A DNA stretch of 64,000 nt from Setoptus koraiensis (taxonomy: Eukaryota > Animalia > Arthropoda). Below the pieces are notes generated by a model. That model searched no databases. It saw only the letters and a program-made list of their open reading frames with translations, and was not told the DNA's origin. How positions within the stretch are numbered: position 1 is the first letter of the stretch; each line of letters begins with the position of its first letter. Location: the NCBI GenBank assembly GCA_048013815.1, contig CM106585.1, positions 5,766,001-5,830,000 on the forward strand. Direction: 5' to 3'. Both the position numbers and the translations under genes were made by a program. Below are positions 45,883 to 57,868 of this stretch, in pieces.

Positions 45883-47870
45883 CTATACATGACCGAAAAG
45901 GTTCATCACGGGCGAGCCTAGGAAGTACCAGATCGTGAGCATCATCAGGAAGGTGACTCCTAAATCCAGATAGTACGCTCTACAGATTGATTGAGAAGTG
46001 ATAAATAGTGATTAGGATTAGCGAGACTTGTCACTGTGGCACCGGGCCGTAGGTATCAAGTATGTCTGAGAATAAGAGCTTACCTGTTGAGAGACTTGCG
46101 CGCTTGTTTCAGTGTCTTGGGGTCCTCTTTAAGAACGTAAGTTCGCGAGCCCAAAATGTAATCGTGCCAATAGCTTTCCCAGTGCATCTTTCTTATGTCC
46201 ATGTGCAGGGTTGCCTGATCCCTGGGATCGAGTTCCTTATACAATGTCATCATGTTGTTCGAATTGAAGCTCCATTCTGTGGTGCAAAAAACGTGCAATT
46301 GTTGAACGGCCGCGTGTATTTTCTCATATATGTTCATGAGAATACGCTTGTTGCCCGAGCACAAGCACAACATATCCACCAATAGGGCCGGCAAGTAATG
46401 CACAAACAATCTGGTGATAGAATCCAGGAACTTGCTGTTCTTGAACGATCCACCCGGATATCTGAGCACCTGACAGCTCGGATACTGGCGTATGATGGGC
46501 AAAAATAGGGGCTCCATGAGGCCCCACGTGATGGGGTTCAGCTTGCCGGAAGTGCAATGATAGACGGGCAGCGCTCTTGGCTTGTTGTCGCTGTTGTTGT
46601 GATGTGCGGTTGCCATGTTGTCAGTGTCGTCTGTTGTTTTGTGGTCGGCTAATTGTTCATACGAGCCGGTTGGGGTCTGTGATGTCTCTGTTGTTGTTGT
46701 GGTGGTGGTTGTTGTTGTCGCTGTGCCGCTTGGTTGTGTGGGCGCTCTTAAATTAACCGCGCCAGCCTGAGCCACCTTCCACGCGGCCGCTATCATCAGA
46801 TTGATGCAAATGTCAGCGGGTATTATGTCGGCAACGGCGTTCCGTTTCACATGCAGCGTCCTCAGCAGGCCCTTGCCGATGGCCAGCACGAGGCCCGTGG
46901 GGCCGTTCAAATTGTCCACCCAGCCGCGAATGGGGTCACGCCAAGTGGCCACAACAATGGAGGGCCGCACAATGCACACGGGCAAGTCTTGGGCCTCTTG
47001 CAGCAGCAGCAGCTCGGCCAAGGCCTTCGTGTAGGTGTAGGTGTTTGGCTTGTTGCGCAACAGCTTGGGCTTGAGCGTTTGCATGGTGTCCTCGTCCATC
47101 CATTCGGCCATCTCGATGATGCGCTTGGGCTCGTCTATCATGGGATAGACGCGTTCCTCGATGTCGCAGCCCTTGATGTCGCTGTTGGCGTAGGCGGTGG
47201 ACACGTGACACAAACTGACTAAATTGGGCAATTTGCGCGCCAGTTCTATCACGCTGCGCGCCGCTATCAAATTCAGCGCAACGGATCGTTTCAGTGGCTC
47301 GTCAAATTTGACTGTGGCAGCCGAGTGAAATATAACGCTCACATTGGCCTCTATCAACAGTTGTTCGTCCTCGGGCGAAATGCCCAAATGGGGCAACGAT
47401 ATGTCGCCCGATATAACGGACACCTTGTCAAACAGGGTGGCGTCTGTGCGCCTAATGGTGTCGAACAGTGGCGCGTTGAATATGCCATTGTTGAGGCGCT
47501 CCTGGGGCGAACAGTTGCGCTTGGTGCGCAACAACAAATAAATGTGCTCTATGCCCGTGTAACAGCGCAACAATTTCTCAAGTAGAACCTTGCCCATGAA
47601 GCCCGAGCTACCTGTTATGAATATGGATCGACCCTGGAAGAATTTCGCTATCGGCGACAACATGTCTGCACAATCGTGGAAGGCGTCGTGCTCGTCGATT
47701 GAGCTCAAATTGGCGCCCAGCGTCACCAGCGACGCCGGACTGGTTTGCGTAGCGTCCTGCTTGGCGTGTTCGGCTTGCCGGTTTGAGGTCAGATGGGGTT
47801 GCTGCTGGTACAGCTGCTGCTGCTGCTGCTGTTTTGGTTGGTACAAATGGCTGGAGGAGAGTAACTTCAT
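45883..47870 (-). CDS. FAR: Fatty acyl-CoA reductase (alcohol-forming FAR), 2 exons
   Basis: Exon 1 47870-46084, 104-bp GT-AG intron, exon 2 45979-45883 encoding the C-terminal TM (RAYYLDLGVTFLMMLTIWYFLGSPVMNLFGHV*), followed by AATAAA; 628 codons. Motifs ITGSSGFMGKVLLEKLLR, FHSAATVKFDE, HVSTAY, YTYTK, RPSIV. Confidence 0.96.
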
Positions 47871-50800
47871 GGTTTCGATGGGCGTCTCTACCGGAGTTGA
47901 TTAAAACAACCAGTTGTCGTGATTGGGTTGTTGGCCAGTGAGCGAGTGGTGCTTGTCGATGCCGTTTGTCTGCTGCTTGTCTGCTGTTGAAATACTTTTA
48001 AAATGCTGTCGAGATGCTGATGAGAGACGGCTAAAATGATTAAGATACGGGGTGGCTCGCCAGTCAGTTGGCTGGTGAGTGAGTCGTTGGCTGGTGAGTG
48101 TCACATTAACTAATGATCGTCGACAATTAACAACTGGCGTCTAGCTTGAGTATATATACAAAACTGGCTGTTTGACAACTTTCCACAACCATCGCCGCAA
48201 CAGCGCACAGCGGTGCCGACTCGAGACGGATTGACAAATAAATCGATAGTGCTAATAACACAAAATTTGTGTCACAAATCCCTCCCATTTCCTGAAAATT
48301 TTCGCTCGCGAGCTGCTGCGGCTGCCAACAAAATTAGTAGCGCGCACAATAATTGATGCTGTCCATGCTAAACGTCACACAACAATTTGCTGTCTCGCTG
48401 CTGCGGCTGCCGTGGGACGTAAATAGAAATAGAAATGTGTCTCACCTTGGCTGGCTGGTGCACTATGGCGACATTGAGTAACTCGCACGCCTATACCAAC
48501 CGTGGTGCGCCAGGTAAAGTGTGTGTGTGCTGTTGTTGTTGTGCTGTTGTTGTTGTGCTGTTGTTGTTGTGTTGTTGTGGTAGCAGCGGCAAGACAACAC
48601 GACAATAACAACGCGCATAAATAACAACAATTCAGGCTTATCACAGCTCCAAGAAATCAGTCTAATTGGGGAAAAATGTTCGCCATTCATTTTCGCTAGT
48701 TACGGTTAAATTTACCATATAAACGCTAATACATTATCATTGTGCCACTTGTGCGCCATTGGCCACTTGTTACAGTTGTAGGCTTGTTGAGACGCAGCTA
48801 CAACAATATCGGCGCCACTTCGAAATTTCGCCGAACGCAAATCTGTCTCAGATCTGTCTCAGATCCGTCGGTCCAATTCGTGGCATTTGCGCAGTTTGCA
48901 TAGTTAATTTGGCGATGCAAAGCGACCAATAAATACAGAGATAAACTCACTCGCGACCGATTGGCAAGCGGCTCGCAGAGGCTCAAAGGGTACCAAAAGG
49001 TGTCCTTGTATCCCGAGCTGACACCCGATCCCCGGCACTAGTTGGCAATCCGGCTAATTACCGAGTGCGATGCGCCGGCAAATCGTTCATTGGTGAATTT
49101 TCAAGTGAGCTCACCAATGAACGACTTGCCGGCTCACTTGAAAATCGTTCATCGTGGAAGCATCTCGGTGAAAAAAAAAAGTGTCAGTCATTGGCTCGAT
49201 CACTGGATCTCGCCAATGGCCAATGCGGCAAATGCTGTCAAAGGCAAACAGTTATCGGGGCCGAAAAAAAAGTGTTCGCACAAGTTCACCAACACGCCCA
49301 GCGGAAACCAGCAGGGGTTCATCGAACGTTTGCGATGGCAAGACCGCACCTGTCGTTTTCTTTTTCCTGTGGATCACGTGATCTGCAACAAGAAGAAAAA
49401 CCACTCTACGGTGGGCATGAGTGGATATTCGCAGCGCACAAGTGTCTTCCGTTGCTGATTGATTCAATTTGATTAATTGACTAAATGTTTCCATTAGGCA
49501 ACAGGGCGACTCTTCTAGTCACTTTTATTGTATCCATTATGCAGACATTAGAAATGCTAGTTGACAGAGTCAGTTTTTCATTCTGCTAACGAGCTGCTAA
49601 CAAACGAGTCTGACAGGTCGGAAGCCGAAACATGTGAATTTGCAGCAAGCAGCCAGGTTTACGTAAGCGAACGAGGAAAAAACACCAACGAGTTGCAGAG
49701 TCAGGTGCAAAACTGTCATTTTTCTGGCGACATAATACGCCGAAACGCTCTAGAAGAAAAAGGCTGCTCTCTATCTCCCAGTGCTGGCTTGGCCGTGCAA
49801 AATTCAGATTGATTTGCCATCGGGCAGAAGGAAGGGGCGACCCTGACTCGCTGTGGCGGCGCCACTTGGGGTCACTGAGCTCGCCCAATCTCTACTTTGT
49901 CTCTGCCAGCCATATCGCACCGGCTACCTGTGCGATATGGCTAGCGTGATGATTGCTATGCCAAATGTCAAGTGACGCCGATTTGACAGCAGCAGCGGCA
50001 GCGCCGCGACAACTGTGAATATTTCCAGCGAGATCTTACCATCGTTCCATTAAGCGCCAACGTCTACGCCGATTCGGACCCTATCTGCGCCATCGATCGT
50101 TCAAAGTTTTCTGTGACGTATGGATGTGAGTGGTGTGCGTGGGTGTGAGTGTCACCGCAGAAGTAATCTAATCGAGTGCTTCGATTAGACAACAATCGTA
50201 TCGAAAGAAAGTATTTCCACACGAATTTCGAGCTGACAAACAACAAACATGCAGTTGACAGCGCAGCGCAACTGCCGAACAGATAATGCCTACAAATAAA
50301 TATCGCAAGCAAACAATGGCAACATATATGGCCAACCGTACGACACACCATACACGCATTTGGTAGATGGTCGCGCTCCAGTGGTTGCGCTGTTTGTGTG
50401 TTGGAAACTTTTCTCGCCAATCAGCAATTAGCTAAAAGGCAAACATAGTAATGATAAAATGCCAAATTGAATGGTTCCACAAATCGAAGCTCTAATCTAC
50501 GCGCAAAGACACCACAAATGACCGTGAATAGGCCCGGTGGTATGATGGCAAAGACAATACGTTTTCACAATTGTTGTTTATATTTGATTCTGACGCTCTC
50601 CAGTTGTGTGTGTGCAAAATGGTATGAATCATTGGTCAAGATAATTGCTTTTCCGACAATCTGCCAAACTATCCCCGCTGCAAGTTTTGTGTGCCACCGC
50701 TATCTATTCATCACCTGTTGTAATTGATCTAAACAACAACGGTTCTGGTTTAGATCTGATTTGTTGCTGAATCATGACATCACCAATTGAATTAATTCTG

Positions 50801-51795
50801 TTTGCGCGCCGATGTGTTTGTACTTTCACTCATCGAAATATACCATATATACAGATCACTGATAGGAGATAACCAGCCAACCAACCATTCAGAGAATGAC
50901 AACAGCACGGTGCTCAACAAGAGCAATGCAGAGATAAAATCAAATGAGAGTTGTTTGCATTGGATTGCATTGTTGCTTTGATTGATGCAGAAATGTCACA
51001 GAATTCCATTGTTGGCACAAAAACAAATTATATAAGCACCGGGGACACACATTGTTGAGGGCTAAACTATTTGACTGTGAAATCGGCCAGTTGATGAGGA
51101 ATGTTTTCAGGCAGAACTAGTTCTTGTTTTGTGCCCTCTGTTTTTGCCGTTCAAACTCTTGACAGAACCACGGATTGAATGAGTGATTAATTTGGTGCAT
51201 TACATACGTTAATGATCGATTATAATCGTTCAGCGAAACTTTTTCCTTGAGATGGCAAAAATTAGATGGGGACGCAGATAAACGGCCATTAGGTTGAGTT
51301 GTCAGTGTGGTGGAGATAAGTCTGTGCAAAAATAGTATTTGTGAGAGATTCATCAACGACGTCACTCGTGGAGGGTGCTATACCCGTGCTCTCGTCATGA
51401 CCAGTAGCCATTCAGTAGCCCCGAGTGAAAGTCAACACCTTTTGTCGCCTATGTTCGTGTCCATCGAATCAAAGATAGCCCAAAAGAATAGAGCTTGGAC
51501 AAAACTCGCCACCGAAAGAATTGGATTGATCTGTAACAGGTGTGTTTGATCATGATACATCTTCTTAGGCGACTCTGACTTGGTTTTTCGTTATGACATG
51601 ATTGATTCACATTGTCAGTTGGGTGACCCTCTAGATGAATGGTGTTTGACAAAACAAGAGCTCATTCATCCTTCATATAACATTATACAATTTGTATCAT
51701 GCGACTGGTAATACTTATTGTTGCTGCATAAACTGTGTGCGTAGCTGATTAAGGATTCACTTTATATATTTATGAATAGCTGTTGAGCAAATCAT

Positions 51796-53964
51796 CTATT
51801 TTCGCCGTCTAGCAGCTTTCGGTTTAGTCGTGACAGATGTACTAATATTATCTACAGGGGTCTTATTTAAATTTACAAAATTATTTACACCTTGATTAAT
51901 TATCGTATCCAGCGTTGTTTGTAGTGAACGAACGGGAACGCTGTCTGGAAACATATCAGGAAAACGACAGCCCAGCCACAGATAAAGGTCAAACACGTCA
52001 AATACTTGCTCTAAATGAGCCAAATCCGTGACGTTCTTCGGCGCCTCTACAGGCCATTGAAGTTGCTGACATAACCACTCTATAGTAACTGGCTCATTCG
52101 AACTGAATTGTCTTACAAATCTGACGAACATAGCAACAGCAAAAGTGCTTTTGTTGTTGATTGGGGCACAGCAAAACAGGTAACGTGCCTTAAGGGGAAT
52201 TTGAATATGTTGAATATGTTCGGCCAGTAATTTGAATTGTTCCATATCGCAGATGAAGTAGTTTGATGTATCTAACTGACATATATCAATAAACAGATCT
52301 ATTAGATCACTAAGACTCAGATGGGGTAGATAGTAGGAGAACAATTCTATCTGATCTGAAGTTGGATGAAGACCAGCTCTATCAATTAGATCCGGGGTAT
52401 TTTTGAGAAGATCAGTCAAAGTCGATAAATCTTCCGGTCTGAAGGTAGTGACGAAACCTTGCTCATACTGTGTTTTGAATCTTCCTGCCCTGCCCGCTAT
52501 CTGTAGAGCTTGGGATACAGATATAAGCTCTTTCTTGATAACTTTATCCTTGATGTCCATGCCCAATTTAATTAGGGAGTGAAAAATCACCCTTTTTATA
52601 CTGAGATTTAATCCCATTCCGATGGCATCGGTAGCGACTAAAATTTTACATTTGTTCGAGGGATCGTTGAATCTTTCGCATTGTCGCAATTTGGTTTGCG
52701 GTGGCAAACTACCGTATATAACAGCAAACTTCAAATCTCTCTTTTCTAATCCTTTACATACACTGTAGAGATCATCTTTGTTGAAACACACAATACAATC
52801 GCCAGCTTGTACGTTATCAAGACTTCGCAATGCTTGTTTCTCAACGACCAACGGCGTCAACCTTTCGTATCGCTGTAGTTGTAAATCCTCCCCCATTCCT
52901 TCAATGATTTCTTTGATACAATGTAAAGCTGCCTCTTCACCACATAAATGTAATTCTTTAGCTGGTATGCCGAGTAGAGCCCTCGTCCATGCCCATCCTC
53001 TCTGAGGATCTCTCATCATCTGAATCTCGTCTATCACTGCCACCTCAACTGGTTCGTGAGTTTGGACCATCTCCACAGTACATGAAGTGTGCTTCGATCG
53101 AGTGTAACCATCTGGATTGGCAAACTTTCTTTCTTCACCAGTGACTAGATCGCAAGGGGTACCAAAGTTGTTGGATTTTTGATACACTTCGTGGGCTAAT
53201 AATTTCAGTGGACCGCAGTAGACTCCACTATCAGATTCGTAGAACCTTTGCAGTGCATTATATGTCTTACCGCTATTTGTTGGGCCACTATGAAAGTAGA
53301 TTTTCCTTATCATTCCCCTCGCCTCTGGATACCAATTAGGTGGATCTTTCAGGTCACTTATTTTCTTCAGCTCCTTCTGACATTCTAAGTGAGGAAATGC
53401 TTGGCGAGCATGAGTCAAAAAGAAAGGAAGCAAATCGCTGGCGTCACAGTGTTCATCGAGTATATCTATAAATCTAATATGTAGCTCAGGGGGCAGACTA
53501 GCTGATTTTAGACAGTATTGCTTGAAGCTCATCCATGCCTTGTAGAATAATTGTGGGTCAATATCGTGGATTTCTTTGAGAACCTTGCGTATCGAGGGTA
53601 GCTGATAGAACTTCAACAGGATTTTGTTCATACCAATTTTGTCGAGTTTTTTTCCAGCAATTTCTTCGCCGATCTGACCGAATCTATCCTCCGGTTCCGG
53701 CAACACTTCTTTGGCGTATAAGCTTCCGAAAGCTTTTTCTTTCACATCATTTCCATAAGGCTTGGCAGTTCTATTAATGACGTTCTCATATACTTTCACT
53801 GGCCTAATCGTACGATCACTGGACTTTTTAGGGCTCCTAAAATACTCAGATTTGATTGTGGACGATAGCAACCGAAGACAATGACGCGTATTCTGGGCGT
53901 CTAGACGACCCAGCTGATGAGCTCGATAAATTCTCAGAAATGAGGGCCTAGCAAAGGTTGCCAT
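51796..53964 (-). CDS. SUPV3L1: Mitochondrial ATP-dependent RNA helicase SUV3
   Basis: 722-aa intronless ORF with an Arg-rich presequence, PPNWYPEAR, HSGPTNSGKT, YCGPLKLLA, IDEIQMMRDPQRGWAWTRALLG, ATDAIGMGLNL and QIAGRAGR. Confidence 0.97.
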   Translation of the reverse strand: MATFARPSFLRIYRAHQLGRLDAQNTRHCLRLLSSTIKSEYFRSPKKSSDRTIRPVKVYENVINRTAKPYGNDVKEKAFGSLYAKEVLPEPEDRFGQIGEEIAGKKLDKIGMNKILLKFYQLPSIRKVLKEIHDIDPQLFYKAWMSFKQYCLKSASLPPELHIRFIDILDEHCDASDLLPFFLTHARQAFPHLECQKELKKISDLKDPPNWYPEARGMIRKIYFHSGPTNSGKTYNALQRFYESDSGVYCGPLKLLAHEVYQKSNNFGTPCDLVTGEERKFANPDGYTRSKHTSCTVEMVQTHEPVEVAVIDEIQMMRDPQRGWAWTRALLGIPAKELHLCGEEAALHCIKEIIEGMGEDLQLQRYERLTPLVVEKQALRSLDNVQAGDCIVCFNKDDLYSVCKGLEKRDLKFAVIYGSLPPQTKLRQCERFNDPSNKCKILVATDAIGMGLNLSIKRVIFHSLIKLGMDIKDKVIKKELISVSQALQIAGRAGRFKTQYEQGFVTTFRPEDLSTLTDLLKNTPDLIDRAGLHPTSDQIELFSYYLPHLSLSDLIDLFIDICQLDTSNYFICDMEQFKLLAEHIQHIQIPLKARYLFCCAPINNKSTFAVAMFVRFVRQFSSNEPVTIEWLCQQLQWPVEAPKNVTDLAHLEQVFDVFDLYLWLGCRFPDMFPDSVPVRSLQTTLDTIINQGVNNFVNLNKTPVDNISTSVTTKPKAARRRK

Positions 53965-54458
53965 GGTTGAAGGTGTCAGGTTGATAATCGATGATATATG
54001 TCAGTCTAAATGAATAAATGATTACATAATGATGAAGTTTTACTTTTGCGGCACGTGTTTCGTAAACGGCCAGACAAGTCAGAGGAGATTATTAATGCAA
54101 TGAAGAAAAATAATTGTATTCACTTTTGTCCAATAACTGAAGCGCTATATTTGAATCTTTTTCTAACCACGTGAGTCCTGCAAAATCACATACTGCACTA
54201 TGCGTGTGTTCGAAATGGAGAATCGAAAAGCTGCAACATGAGAAAAATAAATAAACTCACGTGGCTAAAGAAATTTTTAAATATGGCGCTTCGGATAATG
54301 GGCCTTAGGTGGACATTCTTCTCATGGTGTAAAAAGAATCCACTTCTGGTCATAAATTGACTTAAACTGCGTCTAATTAATTGCACTTGTTCAACTGTAT
54401 TGTTATTATTGTTGTTGTTATTATTAATTTGTTCTTTCTATTGTATGTAGTTAATATT

Positions 54459-56783
54459 ATGACGGATAACAACAATGAATCATCTTCACCGACTAAATCT
54501 CTGGCTCGATCTGTAACAGATAAATTTAATCATCATCATAATGGTAATAATGATTCAACAGGAAAGCCAAACTCCAAGAAATGGTTCGATTTACACAGGA
54601 AACGTTCTCTCCTGCCCGTTTGGGAACACAAGGAAAAGTTTATGAAGGCCTTAAGAGAAAACCAAACACTGTTGTTGGTGGGCGAAACTGGTAGTGGCAA
54701 AACAACACAAATTCCACAATGGTGCGTGGAGTATTGTCGCAAAAACAAATCAGGTCGCGTTGCCTGCACTCAACCAAGGAGAGTTGCCGCCATGTCTGTT
54801 GCCAAAAGAGTTGCCGATGAAATGAACGTGGAGCTGGGCCAACAGGTTGGTTATTCGGTGAGATTTGAATCTCTGGAATCTGATAAAACTGTGCTCAAGT
54901 ACATGACAGATGGAATGCTTCTCAGAGAGGCCATGATTGATCCCTATCTTGATTCATATGCAATCATAATCCTGGACGAAGCTCACGAGAGAACTCTTCA
55001 AACCGAGATATTATTTGGTGTAGTTAAACGTGCCCAAAATAACAGAAATAATAATTTGTTGCGAAATCAGCATGAAATCAACAGTGATAGTTCTACAGCA
55101 AGAGGAAACGCCTTCAAGTCACCCTTAAAGGTGATTGTTATGTCGGCCACTGTCGATATTGATCCCTTCAAGAAATATTTCAAAGCCCCTTGCTTACAAA
55201 TACACGGAAGACAATTCCCTGTGTTCGAAATGGTATCAGAGACACCTCAGACGGATTATGTTAACTCAGCTATAGTGACAGTCTTCCAGATACATCGTAC
55301 TTGCGCTAGCGGGGACATTCTCGTATTTTGCACAGGTCAAGACGAGATAGAGTCCATGATTAGAACATGCAAGAAAGTCTTATCACAAGCGCCTGAAAGC
55401 CTTAAACAATTGACCGTTCTACCTCTATATGCCTCACTACCTGCCTCTCATCAAATGAAGATATTCACAATTAATCAGCTCCACAATGATCGGGACGATG
55501 ATCAAAAACACAGGAGGGTTATATTTGCTACTAACGTTGCTGAAACGTCCATAACGATACCTAATATAAAATACGTGGTAGATACCGGTAAAGTTAAATG
55601 TCGACATTACTGCCCTAAGACTGGGCTCGATGTTCTCAAAGTAATACCAATATCCAAATCTCAAGCCAAACAAAGATCTGGAAGAGCCGGGAGAGTAGCC
55701 GCTGGCCATTGTTATAAATTATATACCCAAGAAGAATACGATGATATGAGAGATTTCATGGTGCCTGAAATTAAACGATGCAACTTAGATGGCGTAATAC
55801 TTCAAATGATCTCAATGGGTATTCGAAATATTAACGGCTTTGATTTCATGGATAAACCTGAAGAAGATCGTTTGCGATCTGCTATCATTGATCTAAAAGA
55901 ATTGGGTGCGATCAAATCTGAACAATCGGACAAAACCTCATCAATTAATCACACAATTTCTAAGCTACCTTCTCAACTCAATGGTGATACAACCAACTCG
56001 GCAAAGAAGCACGAATCAATTGAAAAATTAGATAGACCTGATTTTACTAACGGGCTCAAGAAAGTCAAATTAACCAACAATAATTCTAACTCCATGGTAA
56101 AAGCTCAAATATCAGAACTTAATAACTCATACATCTTAACTAAACTTGGTCAAAGATTATCAGTGTTTCCGGTTAAACCCTGTTTGGCTAGAGTAATAGT
56201 GTCTGCTAATGATTCCGGTTGCCTCGATGAAGCACTAACTATCATTTCAATGTTGTATATTGAAAATCTATTTTACATCCCAGCAAACAAGAAGAACCAA
56301 GCTAATATGATATTGAAGAAGTTCCAAAGTAATGAGGGTGATCTCATAATGTTTCTCAATGTATTCAAAGCATTCAAGAGAGCATCAAAATCTAATCAAA
56401 TGAATAGTAAATCATGGTGTAACGAACATTTTATTCACACCAAAAACCTCAGGCTGGCTATAGAGGTGAGAAAACAGTTAACTCTTGTATGTCGTAGATT
56501 TGGCATGCCCGCATCATCATGCGGTCAGAACACTGAGATTATAAGACGTTGCCTGTGCCATGGCTTGTTTACCAATTTTGCCAAACTTATTAACGGTAAA
56601 TATCAGACAAGCAAGATTGCTGATCGTGATATATACATACACCCCGCGTCATGTCTATTTCGATCCAAACCTGAGGCAATAATTTATACCGAAATTGTTG
56701 AAACTAGTAAATGCTATATGCGGAACATAACATTGGTAGATTCCAATTGGATAAAGGAGTCACGTACGAAATCTACAGACTAG
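54459..56783 (+). CDS. DHX33: DEAH-box RNA helicase, DHX33-like over most of its length with a DHX15-like N-terminal RecA1 segment
   Basis: First ATG at 54459. GETGSGKTT, TQPRRVAA, DEAH, MSAT, TNVAETSITI and QRSGRAGR motifs, plus HA2 and OB-fold tail (IHPASCLF...KCYMRN). Confidence 0.85.
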   Translation: MTDNNNESSSPTKSLARSVTDKFNHHHNGNNDSTGKPNSKKWFDLHRKRSLLPVWEHKEKFMKALRENQTLLLVGETGSGKTTQIPQWCVEYCRKNKSGRVACTQPRRVAAMSVAKRVADEMNVELGQQVGYSVRFESLESDKTVLKYMTDGMLLREAMIDPYLDSYAIIILDEAHERTLQTEILFGVVKRAQNNRNNNLLRNQHEINSDSSTARGNAFKSPLKVIVMSATVDIDPFKKYFKAPCLQIHGRQFPVFEMVSETPQTDYVNSAIVTVFQIHRTCASGDILVFCTGQDEIESMIRTCKKVLSQAPESLKQLTVLPLYASLPASHQMKIFTINQLHNDRDDDQKHRRVIFATNVAETSITIPNIKYVVDTGKVKCRHYCPKTGLDVLKVIPISKSQAKQRSGRAGRVAAGHCYKLYTQEEYDDMRDFMVPEIKRCNLDGVILQMISMGIRNINGFDFMDKPEEDRLRSAIIDLKELGAIKSEQSDKTSSINHTISKLPSQLNGDTTNSAKKHESIEKLDRPDFTNGLKKVKLTNNNSNSMVKAQISELNNSYILTKLGQRLSVFPVKPCLARVIVSANDSGCLDEALTIISMLYIENLFYIPANKKNQANMILKKFQSNEGDLIMFLNVFKAFKRASKSNQMNSKSWCNEHFIHTKNLRLAIEVRKQLTLVCRRFGMPASSCGQNTEIIRRCLCHGLFTNFAKLINGKYQTSKIADRDIYIHPASCLFRSKPEAIIYTEIVETSKCYMRNITLVDSNWIKESRTKSTD

Positions 56784-57425
56784 ACGCAACTGTGAGGATT
56801 TGAACGATAGACCCCTGACAGCCTTTGTGATGTACAGTTAGTTAGTTTTCATGTAAAGTAAAATAGCCTCTACTATACTAGCACTCTTTATAGTTAGTTC
56901 ACCCAATCTTTTATTCTATAGCTAAGGATCAACAAGAACTTGACTCTGGATGTTTGTTCCTGAGTACAATTTCAGACGAATTAAGTGATCCGATCTATAA
57001 CTGATTAGATACATACTGTATCTTCGTAGAACATACATATAAGGCTCTTCAAATCGAAGCTGATCTTCTGGTGTGGATGACAAACTAACTCGGTACATGA
57101 ATAATGCATAGCCTTCACGCGAACGCAATGATTTGATCGTCAGACTCATGACAGGATGAATTTGCCACAATCAATCAAGGTATTATATAATGATCGTCTG
57201 CGTTCTTATCAGAAAGCAATCTCTATATAGACATAATGGAGAGCTTTCGTACATATTCGTTATGATGGAGATTATCGTAAGGATTACGAATCTTGTAGCC
57301 ATCTCAAGAACCTAAAAATGTTGAAATTTTCGAGCCGTTCAGGATAATACACGTATAGGTCAGATAGATGCTATTGACTACAGTGTGCGCCATCATTAGG
57401 CCGGGCGAATGGAGCTTCATGTGAA

Positions 57426-57785
57426 TTATCTATCTACCGTAGAGGCATCGTACTTCAAATTCAATTTATTCATGGCAACTCTCAACTTTCCGATGAATGT
57501 ATGAGGTCAAGGTCTACTGTTTCTTTTTTTTGTTTAGTTTTGGTCTACTCGCTTATGTAGGCACGCAATATAAGGGCCGATGACAAGGTCCAATACGCGG
57601 GGTTCCGAAGTAAGATCATTGACTCGGTTTTATGATCCAAGTTGCACGGTTGTGAAAATATCGTTCATAGGGAATTATATCCCAATGAAATATCCACACT
57701 TGAATAATGCAATTATGCAATCTTCAATGATGTAAGCCTCGTCTTTGTGCGCCAGCGCCACATGTATCAACTGTTTTCCGGACAC
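57426..57785 (-). pseudogene. Possible decayed TIR-domain (Toll-like) exon fragment
   Basis: After an AG acceptor-like site, translation with stops and at least one frameshift gives AHKDEAYIIE (TIR box1-like SHKDEEFV), HWDIIP (HYRDFIP-like), PRVLDLVIG and FIGKLRVAM (FWEKLRYAM-like), in the expected order but too short overall. Confidence 0.3.
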
Positions 57786-57868
57786 CTGTTAGCATAAATC
57801 GATAATTCGCATTCAAATCAAACCAAGCCAGATGAAGAAATATTAAAGATAGTTCATAAATTTCAGTC

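Noticed and set aside
48639-48647. miR-2-like seed tatcacagc
   Set aside because: No hairpin, and the remainder does not match.
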